DNA from: Candidatus Saccharimonadota bacterium
Lineage (GTDB): Bacteria; Patescibacteriota; Saccharimonadia; Saccharimonadales; SZUA-47
Length of the DNA: 62,957 nucleotides
Assembly: GCA_020428465.1 (NCBI GenBank)
Contig: JAGQMY010000006.1
Span: forward strand, 1-62,957
Direction: 5' to 3'
In this document: piece by piece, positions 27,110 through 35,918 of the stretch
Position numbering within the stretch: the stretch's first letter is position 1
How the letters are laid out: every line of letters begins with the position of its first letter
Made by a program: the position numbers and the translations under genes
Notes under the pieces: model-generated
The model's input: only the letters and a program-made list of their open reading frames with translations
What the model was told of the DNA's origin: nothing
The model's database searches: none

Positions 27110-28618
27110 TTATATGTAATATGCGGTTTTTTCTCGCAAGAAATCTTCAGCTCGGTATTTAGCTATACGGCGCCTGTTCTCAGGCACTCTTTCTAATTGA
27201 TGGACAAGCATTCTTGTCTGGGCATTTTTCGAGAACAGATCGCTGTTGTTACTTATAAACTCCCAATAAAGCCCATCCCACACATCGGCCCATTCGTCGC
27301 GCTCATACCAGCTCATACTAAGTATATAGTTGCTACTGCTAACATTCGGTTTGCTTAAATTTATATCCTGGAGTTGTCCAATACTGTAAACATTGGGCAC
27401 AACTGCCCAGTCATAGGCATCGACAAACATTTCCATAAACCACCTGTACATGTCATCTGGATGTATTTCACTTAAAAACATTATATTACCCAATATCATC
27501 GATCGCTCAACTGCATGCGCATAACCCCTGCTTAAGACTTTTTTAATAACATCGTCTAATGGTTTTACGCCAGTGTTTGCCGTATACCAGTCATTTGTTA
27601 AATGGCGCTGGTGATCAAACGTGTTTATCGTTCGTATTTTAACTTGCTTATCGACATAAAGCCCCCTAGCAAATTCACGCCAGCCAAGGATATCTCTGAT
27701 AAATTTCTCGAGACTTTCGAGAGGTTGAGCTGTTTCGTTGTGTAGTTTTACGGCCCTCTCAACTACCTCCATTGGGTCAAGTAGGCCTATGTTTAATACT
27801 GGAGATATTGCACTATGAAAAACCCAAGGCGCTTGACCATCAATAGCTTCTTCATAAATAGCAAAATCACGAAGTCGATTAGTCAGAAAATCATCAAGCC
27901 AATCGCTAGCTTCTTTGTGATTCGTCGGCCATGGAAAATCCTCTACACTACCTGCGTTATCTGGGAAATATTTATGTACATAGTCTTTAGCTTCATCAAC
28001 AAACTTATTTCCGCCGTAAACTTCGAATGTCGGTAGAACGAATTCTGCAGATAAGCGTTTATGTGATTTTGGCTCATGCATTAGTTTGCCACCCACTGGT
28101 TTATAGCTCTCCTGATCAATTAAGATATTGAACCTCTCTCGTTGCCACTGGTAGAAATTAACAAAGTCAGATTTATCTTTTTTAGCAAAAAAGTTCTTAA
28201 CTTCGTCTCTAGTTAAAAAGAAATTAGGTGATTCTATTTTGTTGATAGTAGGTTTATTCTCCAGACCGCTTAGCGCACTAGTAAGGTTTCTCTCAAGCAT
28301 GTCATCTGTTGGATCAAAAAACTCAACTCTCTCGATATTTGTAAGCTTATTAACAATGTCGCCAGTCTCTTGCATGTGATGAAATTCGATATACTCAACC
28401 TGGTACCCGGCCGGCCATAGTACTTCTTCAACATATCGCCTCATACTCGCACGGTGTAGTACAAGTTTTTGTTTATGAGTAAATAGTGGATATTTTGGAT
28501 CTCGCCCAAACATCAATGGGTCTTCAATCATAAAAACCCTGTCTACATCTCGTGGTAGTTTATCAACTGGATAGAGCTGATGAGGATAGAGCAAAAGTAC
28601 ACTTTGATTCTGAGACAT
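27110..28618 (-). CDS. cryptochrome/photolyase-related protein (COG3046 / FeS-BCP-like family)
   Basis: GYAHAVERSM, DAYDWAVVPNVYSIGQ and SSSNYILSMS blocks resemble the PhrB/CryB-type family. 502 aa. Confidence 0.7.
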   Translation of the reverse strand: MSQNQSVLLLYPHQLYPVDKLPRDVDRVFMIEDPLMFGRDPKYPLFTHKQKLVLHRASMRRYVEEVLWPAGYQVEYIEFHHMQETGDIVNKLTNIERVEFFDPTDDMLERNLTSALSGLENKPTINKIESPNFFLTRDEVKNFFAKKDKSDFVNFYQWQRERFNILIDQESYKPVGGKLMHEPKSHKRLSAEFVLPTFEVYGGNKFVDEAKDYVHKYFPDNAGSVEDFPWPTNHKEASDWLDDFLTNRLRDFAIYEEAIDGQAPWVFHSAISPVLNIGLLDPMEVVERAVKLHNETAQPLESLEKFIRDILGWREFARGLYVDKQVKIRTINTFDHQRHLTNDWYTANTGVKPLDDVIKKVLSRGYAHAVERSMILGNIMFLSEIHPDDMYRWFMEMFVDAYDWAVVPNVYSIGQLQDINLSKPNVSSSNYILSMSWYERDEWADVWDGLYWEFISNNSDLFSKNAQTRMLVHQLERVPENRRRIAKYRAEDFLREKTAYYI

Positions 28619-28743
28619 TTAAATTACACCCACATTACATTTACTTTATATTTTGCCAGTGATAAGTAATATACACAAGCTTATTTCACATTTGCTCCGG
28701 ACAAAAACTGCAAATAGTATTTGGTGTAATCTATAATTTTTTA

Positions 28744-29103
28744 CTACCAAATTATGGGCAAATCTTGACTTGGATTCGGTGACCTAGGAACTTGGTCTTT
28801 ATGACCTAATGCTAGTCTTCCCATATCTGACGGCAGTAGATTAGAGGGATGTAATTTAGAATATTTATCCGGGTTGTCTATCTCTAACGGTTTATAGTCC
28901 GAACCTTCTACAAGATTTACTAGATCGCAAAAGAACTGTGGTGCGTCGTGCCAGGGTATCAATTTAACATTTTTAAATCTCGCTTGCATGATATCAAAAA
29001 CCTTCATATATTGCTCGCCTATTATTACGTATTTGAAGCCTTCTTTCCCACTTCGGTCATCCATACCAAAAACCGTCACAAGACCACCCTTAACGAACGG
29101 CAT
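28744..29103 (-). CDS. hypothetical protein (possible C-terminal part of a frameshifted gene)
   Basis: ORF of 119 aa. Its frame stays open upstream (SGGAIGAD-M) to a TGA that lies inside the overlapping 29076-29594 ORF. Confidence 0.4.
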   Translation of the reverse strand: MPFVKGGLVTVFGMDDRSGKEGFKYVIIGEQYMKVFDIMQARFKNVKLIPWHDAPQFFCDLVNLVEGSDYKPLEIDNPDKYSKLHPSNLLPSDMGRLALGHKDQVPRSPNPSQDLPIIW

Positions 29104-29594
29104 ATCAGCACCAATAGCACCACCGCTTCAGGATTGTACATTAGTTCCGTTGTATAAAAAATTCTGTCAGGCTCTACACCATTTTGCAACAAAGTATCTA
29201 GCTCGGTACTGGAGGAGCCACTTTTTCCCGTAATTCCATGACCTTGAAACCTACTGCCGACTTCTTTTGGCATCTGGTTTAATGCTTTTGTTAACCCTTC
29301 GTCGATATGTGCTACCCCGGGTAAACCTGTTTCTGCTCTAATTCTTCTTTCTTCAGTCGTTCGTACAAAATCAAACAAAATCCGCTCTGCATTAGCCTCT
29401 CGTTCTTCTGGCGTCTCGGTATTCCATGGCTCTCCTTCTCTCCACTCTGGCCATAAGCTATCGAGGTCGGCTACGGTTAATTGATCGACTGGATTATATC
29501 TTGTAATATCTACAAGTTCACTATCCTGTTCCATTAGTGAATCTGTGGACACGTCTATCGTCGCGTCTGTCGGTTGTGCTATATTATCGGACAT
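29076..29594 (-). CDS. hypothetical protein (possible N-terminal part of a frameshifted gene)
   Basis: 172-aa ORF with an acidic N-terminus. It ends in an implausible hydrophobic tail (VVLLVLICRSLRVVL) that overlaps the next ORF by 28 nt. Confidence 0.4.
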   Translation of the reverse strand: MSDNIAQPTDATIDVSTDSLMEQDSELVDITRYNPVDQLTVADLDSLWPEWREGEPWNTETPEEREANAERILFDFVRTTEERRIRAETGLPGVAHIDEGLTKALNQMPKEVGSRFQGHGITGKSGSSSTELDTLLQNGVEPDRIFYTTELMYNPEAVVLLVLICRSLRVVL

Positions 29595-29653
29595 CTTTTT
29601 GTTTTAAGTTTACGAGTATTATTTTAGCAATTTTTGATTGTTTTGTCAATACA

Positions 29654-31315
29654 CTACATCTTTTCTGGGGCGTGGATACCTAGCAAGTTTAATCCATTTT
29701 TAAGCGTTTCTTTATATTGCTTAACTAAAGCCAGTCTAATTTCTTGACGTGCATCGCCTATAACTTTGTTTTGTTCGTAAAAACGGTTAAATTCTTGAGC
29801 TAGTTCATACAAATATGTACAAATATGATGAGGTGCTAATTCAGCAGTAGCAAGTTCGACTACATCTGAAAACTGAGCCAACTTGCGAACTAAAGTTCTC
29901 TCCCCCACCTCAAGATTTGATTTTTTAGATTTTAGATTTGAATAGTCTTCGACTTTCAACAAGATGCTACAAGCTCGGGCGTGCGCATACTGCAGATAAG
30001 GCCCACTATTGCCCTCGAGAGCAATTGAATCGTTTGGATCATATATAATATCTCCCCCGATACGATTTTTAAGTAGAGCATACTTTACTGCGGCAAGTAC
30101 CGTGTCCTCGCTCGCACTACTTCCTGCTACATCTCGTGCGGCTTGCAAAATATCAAATGCGCTCAAAATATTTCCTTTTCGTGAGCTCATTTTTACTCCG
30201 CCGGATAACTTTACTACTCCGTGAGTCAAATGTCTCGTCGTTTTAGATGCCTCAGGTGCGAATTGCTCCAGGGCTTTCATTACTACTTGCATATACTGGG
30301 CTTGTTCGTTGGCTGTAATGATTATTGATTGATCAGCGTGATATTCGTTCCATTTAAGTAAACTTAAGCCGACGTCCTTCGCCTCGTAGGTCGGTAAACC
30401 TTCATTATTAATAAACACTCTAGTATGAAATCCGTAAACCTCACCATTAAAAACTACTGCTCCGTTACTGTTTTCAAAAACACTTCCGATATGCTTCCTG
30501 ACTGCTTGCAAACCCGGTTCTGAGACTTCACTCTCAGGGATAAATCTATCGAATGGTACAACCTGAAGTTCAGAATACAATTTTTTAAAAAACTCATAGC
30601 TTTGATCCCGCAAATACCAGTAAATTTGTGCAAAAGCAGAATTATGATCGTTCTCTTTATGAATTTGGTAAACTCTTTTGTTCACTGTTCTTATTTCATC
30701 GCGCGCAGTTTCATTATCTTCGTAGGCGTTATTACCTTCTACATACCGCTCGCCCATCCAAACACCAAGGCTATCAATCTGTAAATCTTTAACTGCTTGT
30801 ACGTCTTCACCGCCTAATTTGTTCAGAATTGCCCACATGGTTTTACCGACATGCATACCAACGTCACCGCCAAAATTAAGGCGAATTGTTTCGGCGCCAG
30901 CTGATTCAACCATTCTAGCCAACACATCGCCAACCAAAGTTGTATATAGATGCCCCGCATGCAACGGTTTGAATGGGTTCGGGTCTGAATACTCAACTAG
31001 TACTTTTTTCCCAATAAGAGGCTTGGGCGGTTCTGAATCTACAAGGCTTAAAAGATACTCATCTCTGAATCTGATGTTTATAAACCCCGGCCCAGCTACC
31101 GATACATCCTGAACGCTGTCTTCTTGTTGCAGGTTTTTTGCAATAAGTTCCGCAATCTCTCGAGGTTGCTTACGCACCTGTTTAGTTAATTGCAAGGCTA
31201 TATTACTGGCAACATCTCCAAATTTTTCCTCGGGAATATCAGTAGCAACGTCAATTGAAATATCGAAAAGCTCACTAGCTACTCGCTCTATAGTTTGTTT
31301 AATCTTTAACTCCAT
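29654..31315 (-). CDS. argS: arginine--tRNA ligase
   Basis: HIGH-type motif PLHAGHLYTT, class I architecture, typical ArgRS N- and C-termini. Confidence 0.95.
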   Translation of the reverse strand: MELKIKQTIERVASELFDISIDVATDIPEEKFGDVASNIALQLTKQVRKQPREIAELIAKNLQQEDSVQDVSVAGPGFINIRFRDEYLLSLVDSEPPKPLIGKKVLVEYSDPNPFKPLHAGHLYTTLVGDVLARMVESAGAETIRLNFGGDVGMHVGKTMWAILNKLGGEDVQAVKDLQIDSLGVWMGERYVEGNNAYEDNETARDEIRTVNKRVYQIHKENDHNSAFAQIYWYLRDQSYEFFKKLYSELQVVPFDRFIPESEVSEPGLQAVRKHIGSVFENSNGAVVFNGEVYGFHTRVFINNEGLPTYEAKDVGLSLLKWNEYHADQSIIITANEQAQYMQVVMKALEQFAPEASKTTRHLTHGVVKLSGGVKMSSRKGNILSAFDILQAARDVAGSSASEDTVLAAVKYALLKNRIGGDIIYDPNDSIALEGNSGPYLQYAHARACSILLKVEDYSNLKSKKSNLEVGERTLVRKLAQFSDVVELATAELAPHHICTYLYELAQEFNRFYEQNKVIGDARQEIRLALVKQYKETLKNGLNLLGIHAPEKM

Positions 31316-31328
31316 AACTTATCTGTTA

Positions 31329-32612
31329 CTATACGCTATCTTCACTGTTTGGACCAGATTTATGATTTGCCAGCGCGACGGAATAGGCTGTTTTCTGAGC
31401 CAAAGCATGTAGTTCTATAAAACCAGCTGAGGCGTTTTGGTTGAACTCAGCGTTTTTATTGAAGGTTGCCAGATTTTCATCAAATAATGAATATGGTGAA
31501 CCAAGTGCTACAACTGTAATTTGTCCTTTAAACAATTTAACTTCAACCCAACCACTGACCTTCTTATTATGGTCTTTAATATAGGCGTGCAAATGCTCCA
31601 TAACTGGATCGAACCAGTTTGCAGCGTAGGTTAAATAAGCCCACTTGCTGTCGAGGAAATGTTTTAGCTCGTTCTCTTGTCTGGTACTGACTAATTTTTC
31701 TAGTTTGTCGTGGGCGGCAATTAAAATGCTAGCCCCTGGGTTTTCATACACTCCCCTGACCTTCAAACCTACCATCCTGTCCTCAATTAGTTGTGTCACT
31801 CCCACGCCGTGTTTTGAGCCGATTTTGTTTAAAGTTGCAATGAGCTTGCTCAGTTTCATCTTCGTGCCGTTTATTGATATTGGTACTCCTCTTTTAAATT
31901 CGATCTGCACAGTTTCCGGTGAGTTCAGGCTTTTTTCGACCGTATTGCACCACTGCAAAATGTTATGAAGTGGCGGAATTAGTTCTGGGTTTTCTATTGA
32001 ACCGCCCTCGCCGGTATTACCCCATAGATTTTCGTCGTAGCTGTAGGGTTTGTCGCTAGTTTGTTTGACCGGAATTCCATGCTTTTCGGCATAGGCGATT
32101 TCCTCATCTCTACCCATCGACCACTCTCTAACTGGTGCGACAATTTTAAGCTTCGGTGACAGCGTGGTGATATAGGTTTCAAACCTTACTTGATCGTTAC
32201 CTTTACCAGTACAGCCGTGAGCAATGACCTGGCAATTTTCTTTGGTGGCAATATCTACCGCTATCTGCGAAATCACTACCCTACCGAGTGGCGTACTCAG
32301 CGCATAGCCGCCCTGATAATCAGCATTTGCCATGATCGCCAAGGATAGAAGCTCATCAGCAAATTTATCTTTCGCATCATAAACAATAGCTTTAACAGCG
32401 CCAAGGTTTAGAGCTTTTTGCTTTATTTTCTCCAAATCATCGGCTATCTGACCGATATCAAGAGTCAGTGTCACCACTTCGCATTCATATTCTTCCTGCA
32501 GCCATTTGAGCATTACACTTGTGTCCAAACCGCCTGAATATAACAGTAGACATTTTTTAAATTCACCTTTTTTCGCCTCGTATGATGTAACTTTTTTATA
32601 GTTAGATTTCAT
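31329..32612 (-). CDS. argG: argininosuccinate synthase
   Basis: LLYSGGLDTSV ATP-binding motif, GCTGKGNDQVRFE. Confidence 0.95.
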   Translation of the reverse strand: MKSNYKKVTSYEAKKGEFKKCLLLYSGGLDTSVMLKWLQEEYECEVVTLTLDIGQIADDLEKIKQKALNLGAVKAIVYDAKDKFADELLSLAIMANADYQGGYALSTPLGRVVISQIAVDIATKENCQVIAHGCTGKGNDQVRFETYITTLSPKLKIVAPVREWSMGRDEEIAYAEKHGIPVKQTSDKPYSYDENLWGNTGEGGSIENPELIPPLHNILQWCNTVEKSLNSPETVQIEFKRGVPISINGTKMKLSKLIATLNKIGSKHGVGVTQLIEDRMVGLKVRGVYENPGASILIAAHDKLEKLVSTRQENELKHFLDSKWAYLTYAANWFDPVMEHLHAYIKDHNKKVSGWVEVKLFKGQITVVALGSPYSLFDENLATFNKNAEFNQNASAGFIELHALAQKTAYSVALANHKSGPNSEDSV

Positions 32613-33799
32613 TTCAAATACTCCTTCTTAACTTTCATATATTCATCCCTAAACGAACCGCCGGCAGCCACCGAATTATTAACTTTTTCAGTCGCATGTA
32701 GTTCAGGCGTCATCGCCTTGTCCAAGGATTTTTTATTAACTTCTAAATTTTCAACTACCTTTTCCCAGATATTCAAGACATCTTCTACCAACTGTATGGC
32801 CTCTATTAACGGCTTTTTAGCTAGCTGTAAATCTCGCTGGTAGCCGCTGGTTTTTTTCTCAATTATTCCGTGGATTTGCTCGACATATCCCCAATAAATT
32901 GACTCTTTGCCCCGCATAATTTCCAGCACGTCGTAGTTATGTTTTTGTGGCATAATCGACGATCCGGTAGTAAACGAAACCGGCAGCGAAAAGAAATTGA
33001 ATTCAACTGTTGTATACAGCAGCAGGTCACTGGCGAAACTGCTAGCCAGCAATACTAGGGGTTCCAGATTTTGCAGCAAGATTATTTCAAAATATCCTCT
33101 GCTTAGGCCTGCATACATGGGATTTTGCTGAACTTCCGAAAAGTTCAGTTTTTTAGCCGTAAATTCTTTGTTCGGCTGCAGTTTCTGACCGTCAAATCCG
33201 AATCCGGCTCCCGAACCGAGCGGGTTCTGGTCCAGGATATGCTTCGTAGCCTCTTGCAGAATCAACGAATCCTCTAAGGCATCAAGATACGATCCCAGCC
33301 ATGCTCCAACTGTTGTCGGCATAGCTTTTTGCATATGCGTGTAGCCGGGCATTTTTTGCGATTTATGTATCTTCGACTGTTCTGCCAAGGCTTCGATTAC
33401 GCTAGCTGTTTTGGTAGTCATTAGTTCCAATTTTTGTTGCATGAATAATCTAATCATCGTTAGCGATTGATCATTTCTACTCCTTAAAAAATGAATTTTT
33501 CTAGCTAACTTGTTGCATGATTTATGCAATTCGAACTCAATGAAACTATGTCCGTCCTCGTACTTTTCTGGAATTTTAAATCCTTTTTTGCTCACTATTT
33601 TTGATAGCTCATTCAGTCCATTTTCTATATCGGCAAGTTCATTTTTGCTTAACAAATTCAAACTTGCAAGCATCTGCACATGCGCAAGCGTGGCTTTGAT
33701 ATCATGCGGTAGCAGTTTGGTATCTACTGCTAAATCATCACCGACACAAAACTTCTCTAATTCTTTATCCGGGGTTATATCACCCCATAGTTTATTCAT
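32609..33799 (-). CDS. argH: argininosuccinate lyase (short form)
   Basis: Fumarate-lyase signature GSSIMPQKHNYDVLE. ATG at 33799 with a GGAGG SD. The ORF-track GTG at 33808 lies inside that SD. Confidence 0.9.
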   Translation of the reverse strand: MNKLWGDITPDKELEKFCVGDDLAVDTKLLPHDIKATLAHVQMLASLNLLSKNELADIENGLNELSKIVSKKGFKIPEKYEDGHSFIEFELHKSCNKLARKIHFLRSRNDQSLTMIRLFMQQKLELMTTKTASVIEALAEQSKIHKSQKMPGYTHMQKAMPTTVGAWLGSYLDALEDSLILQEATKHILDQNPLGSGAGFGFDGQKLQPNKEFTAKKLNFSEVQQNPMYAGLSRGYFEIILLQNLEPLVLLASSFASDLLLYTTVEFNFFSLPVSFTTGSSIMPQKHNYDVLEIMRGKESIYWGYVEQIHGIIEKKTSGYQRDLQLAKKPLIEAIQLVEDVLNIWEKVVENLEVNKKSLDKAMTPELHATEKVNNSVAAGGSFRDEYMKVKKEYLK

Positions 33800-33845
33800 T
33801 ATTATCACCTCCGTCAGGTATGACTTTTCATTTGTGCAAAACCTG

Positions 33846-33885
33846 AAAAATTAAAATCGCCCTCGTAATTCATTAACGAGAGCGA
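33846..33885 (-). terminator. intrinsic terminator inside the argH leader (attenuator segments 3:4)
   Basis: RNA reads UCGCUCUCGU, 9-nt loop, ACGAGGGCGA (10 bp), followed by UUUUAAUUUUU. Confidence 0.65.
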
Positions 33886-33906
33886 CGATGAAGGCGAATT
33901 AATTAT

Positions 33907-33981
33907 TTAAATATTACAAGCACCGCTCTCGAAAATACGAGTGCGGCGTACTGAATTAAACTTGTAATTTATGTTAAACAT
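33907..33981 (-). CDS. candidate 24-codon leader peptide MFNINYKFNSVRRTRIFESGACNI
   Basis: ATG lies 7 nt after a -10 box. Codons 12, 13 and 15 are CGC CGC CGU and form the 5' strand of the first leader hairpin. Confidence 0.45.
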   Translation of the reverse strand: MFNINYKFNSVRRTRIFESGACNI

Positions 33982-33988
33982 AAATACT

Positions 33989-34016
33989 ATATTATCACGA
34001 ATCTAATCTTTGTCAA
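33989..34016 (-). promoter_or_regulatory. sigma-70-type promoter of the arg operon leader
   Basis: On the minus strand: TTGACA (34016-34011), 16-nt spacer, TAATAT (33994-33989). Confidence 0.55.
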
Positions 34017-34025
34017 ATTATTGTT

Positions 34026-34053
34026 TTGAAACCCGTTTTCTCTACTGTAAAAT
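34026..34053 (+). promoter_or_regulatory. sigma-70-type promoter placed for a leaderless mRNA of the 34060 gene
   Basis: TTGAAA, 16-nt spacer, TAAAAT, then 6 nt to the ATG at 34060. Confidence 0.45.
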
Positions 34054-34059
34054 AAGCTC

Positions 34060-34710
34060 ATGAATGATCCAATTGAAAATATTGTCAACGGTGTGCGAGT
34101 CATGATGAGTCGTCTTGCTCATATACTAAATGTCATTTTTAAAGGTAAGCTTAAACCCTCACATATTACATTATTTTCTCTGCTCGGTCATATTCCGGCT
34201 GCTTGGGCTCTTTGGCAGGGACGAACTGTACTGGCTTGCATTTTTATTGCCGTTTTCGGGCTTATGGATGCTCTTGACGGTGCACTTGCCCGCGAGCAAA
34301 AGTCACCTAGCAAATTTGGGATGTTTTTTGATGCCGTGACTGATCGAATCAAAGAAATAATTCTTTATTCAGGATTAGGAGTTTATGCTTTCAGATTTGA
34401 ACCTCGAGTTGCTGCTTGGGTAATTCCTGCGCTAGCCGGAACAAGTATTTTGGTCAGTTTTGTTAAGGCTAAAGGCGAAATGGCGATCGCTGAGTCTACT
34501 AATGATAGACAGACGCTAAATCGCACTTTCTCTAGTGGTTTTGCTCGATATGAAATACGAATGAGCTTATTGATAATAGGTTTGTTATCCAACTACTTTG
34601 CTTCAATCCTAAATTTGATTATCGCCTTAAATCTAATAACTGCCTCTGAGAGATTTAGCGAAATTGCCAAACAGCTAAATAAAGAAGATTCAAAAAATCG
34701 AAGCAAATAA
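34060..34710 (+). CDS. CDP-alcohol phosphatidyltransferase family protein
   Basis: Signature D-x2-DG-x2-AR...G-x3-D-x3-D, seen as MDALDGALAR..FGMFFDAVTDRIKE. Multi-TM. Confidence 0.8.
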   Translation: MNDPIENIVNGVRVMMSRLAHILNVIFKGKLKPSHITLFSLLGHIPAAWALWQGRTVLACIFIAVFGLMDALDGALAREQKSPSKFGMFFDAVTDRIKEIILYSGLGVYAFRFEPRVAAWVIPALAGTSILVSFVKAKGEMAIAESTNDRQTLNRTFSSGFARYEIRMSLLIIGLLSNYFASILNLIIALNLITASERFSEIAKQLNKEDSKNRSK

Positions 34711-34713
34711 TTA

Positions 34714-35367
34714 ATGATAAAGACTGACTTTCATACTCATTCTATTGCTTCACCGGACGGAAGTATAACCAGTGAGCAGTACAAAAATTTAATAAATTCC
34801 GGCGTAATTGACTGTGTTGCCGTCACTGATCATAACCGCATCGATTTTGCTCTAAAATTACAAAACGATCTCGGAGCTGAAAAAGTAATCGTCGGCGAAG
34901 AAATTGAAACAACTGAAGGTGAAATTATCGGCTTATTTTTAACCGAAAAAATAGCTCCCTATCTAAGCCCAGAAAAAACTATTGAAGCCATAAAGGCTCA
35001 GAACGGAATTGTCTACATCCCCCACCCTTTTGAAACTGTTCGCAAGGGTATTAGTCGTGAAACATTAAATCGCATAAAAAGTAACGTCGATATAATTGAA
35101 AGCGCCAATGGTCGAGCTTTTTTCCAAAATTTTGGGCCGGAATCTCACGCTTGGTCACACATCAACAGAGTCGCTTCCTTTGCATCGAGTGACGCTCATC
35201 GCAGTAAAGCATTATGTAAAACATATACAGATCTTGCGGAGTATCCAAATCGCAAAAATATACTCGAACTCTGTGCAACCGCACGCAAGCACTACTCACG
35301 CCCAAGCTTGCTTGATATACTAGCACCAAAGCTTAACCGTATACGTAAAGCTTTAAATTTATTATGA
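34714..35367 (+). CDS. PHP-domain metal-dependent phosphoesterase
   Basis: N-terminal DFHTHSIASPDG, later VTDHN and IPHPF motifs typical of the PHP fold. Confidence 0.8.
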   Translation: MIKTDFHTHSIASPDGSITSEQYKNLINSGVIDCVAVTDHNRIDFALKLQNDLGAEKVIVGEEIETTEGEIIGLFLTEKIAPYLSPEKTIEAIKAQNGIVYIPHPFETVRKGISRETLNRIKSNVDIIESANGRAFFQNFGPESHAWSHINRVASFASSDAHRSKALCKTYTDLAEYPNRKNILELCATARKHYSRPSLLDILAPKLNRIRKALNLL

Positions 35368-35918
35368 AAGATATACTATCAATTATTTGGATATTCCTGC
35401 CCGCCGGCATAGCGAATATGAGTCCTGTCATCGCCAATAACATCCCAGTACTTAGAAATTTAAAAACACCCCTAGATTTTGGTAAAACTTTCCGAGGTAA
35501 AAGGATTTTTGGCGATCATAAAACTTTTCGTGGGTTATTCGCCGGTATAATTGTTGGTTTATTGGTAGCGGGGCTACAAATGCTCCTTGCAAAGTTATTT
35601 AGTTGGCCTAAGGATTTATCGTTAAGTCTAGATTATTCTTCCCCGGTAATTTTAATTATGGGCATGGCATTGGGGTTCGGAGCATTAGCTGGAGATGCAA
35701 TAAAAAGCTTTTTTAAGCGCCAGATTAATATAGAGCCAGGTAAGCCCTGGGTACCTTTTGATCAACTAGACTTTTTGCTTGGAGCAATATTGGTAAGTCT
35801 ATTATTTTTCCAATTACCTATAAGGTTATACGTGATAGGACTCCTAATAGGGCTTTTCCTACATCCGACCGTGAATATTATCGCTTGGCTTATGCGACTA
35901 CAGGATAAGCCGTTTTAA
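35364..35918 (+). CDS. CDP-archaeol synthase (CarS/DUF46)-like membrane cytidylyltransferase
   Basis: PAGIANMSPV..PLDFGKTFRGKRIFGDHKTFRG..GDAIKSFFKR matches my recollection of the CarS family consensus. ATGA overlap with the PHP gene. Confidence 0.55.
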   Translation: MKDILSIIWIFLPAGIANMSPVIANNIPVLRNLKTPLDFGKTFRGKRIFGDHKTFRGLFAGIIVGLLVAGLQMLLAKLFSWPKDLSLSLDYSSPVILIMGMALGFGALAGDAIKSFFKRQINIEPGKPWVPFDQLDFLLGAILVSLLFFQLPIRLYVIGLLIGLFLHPTVNIIAWLMRLQDKPF

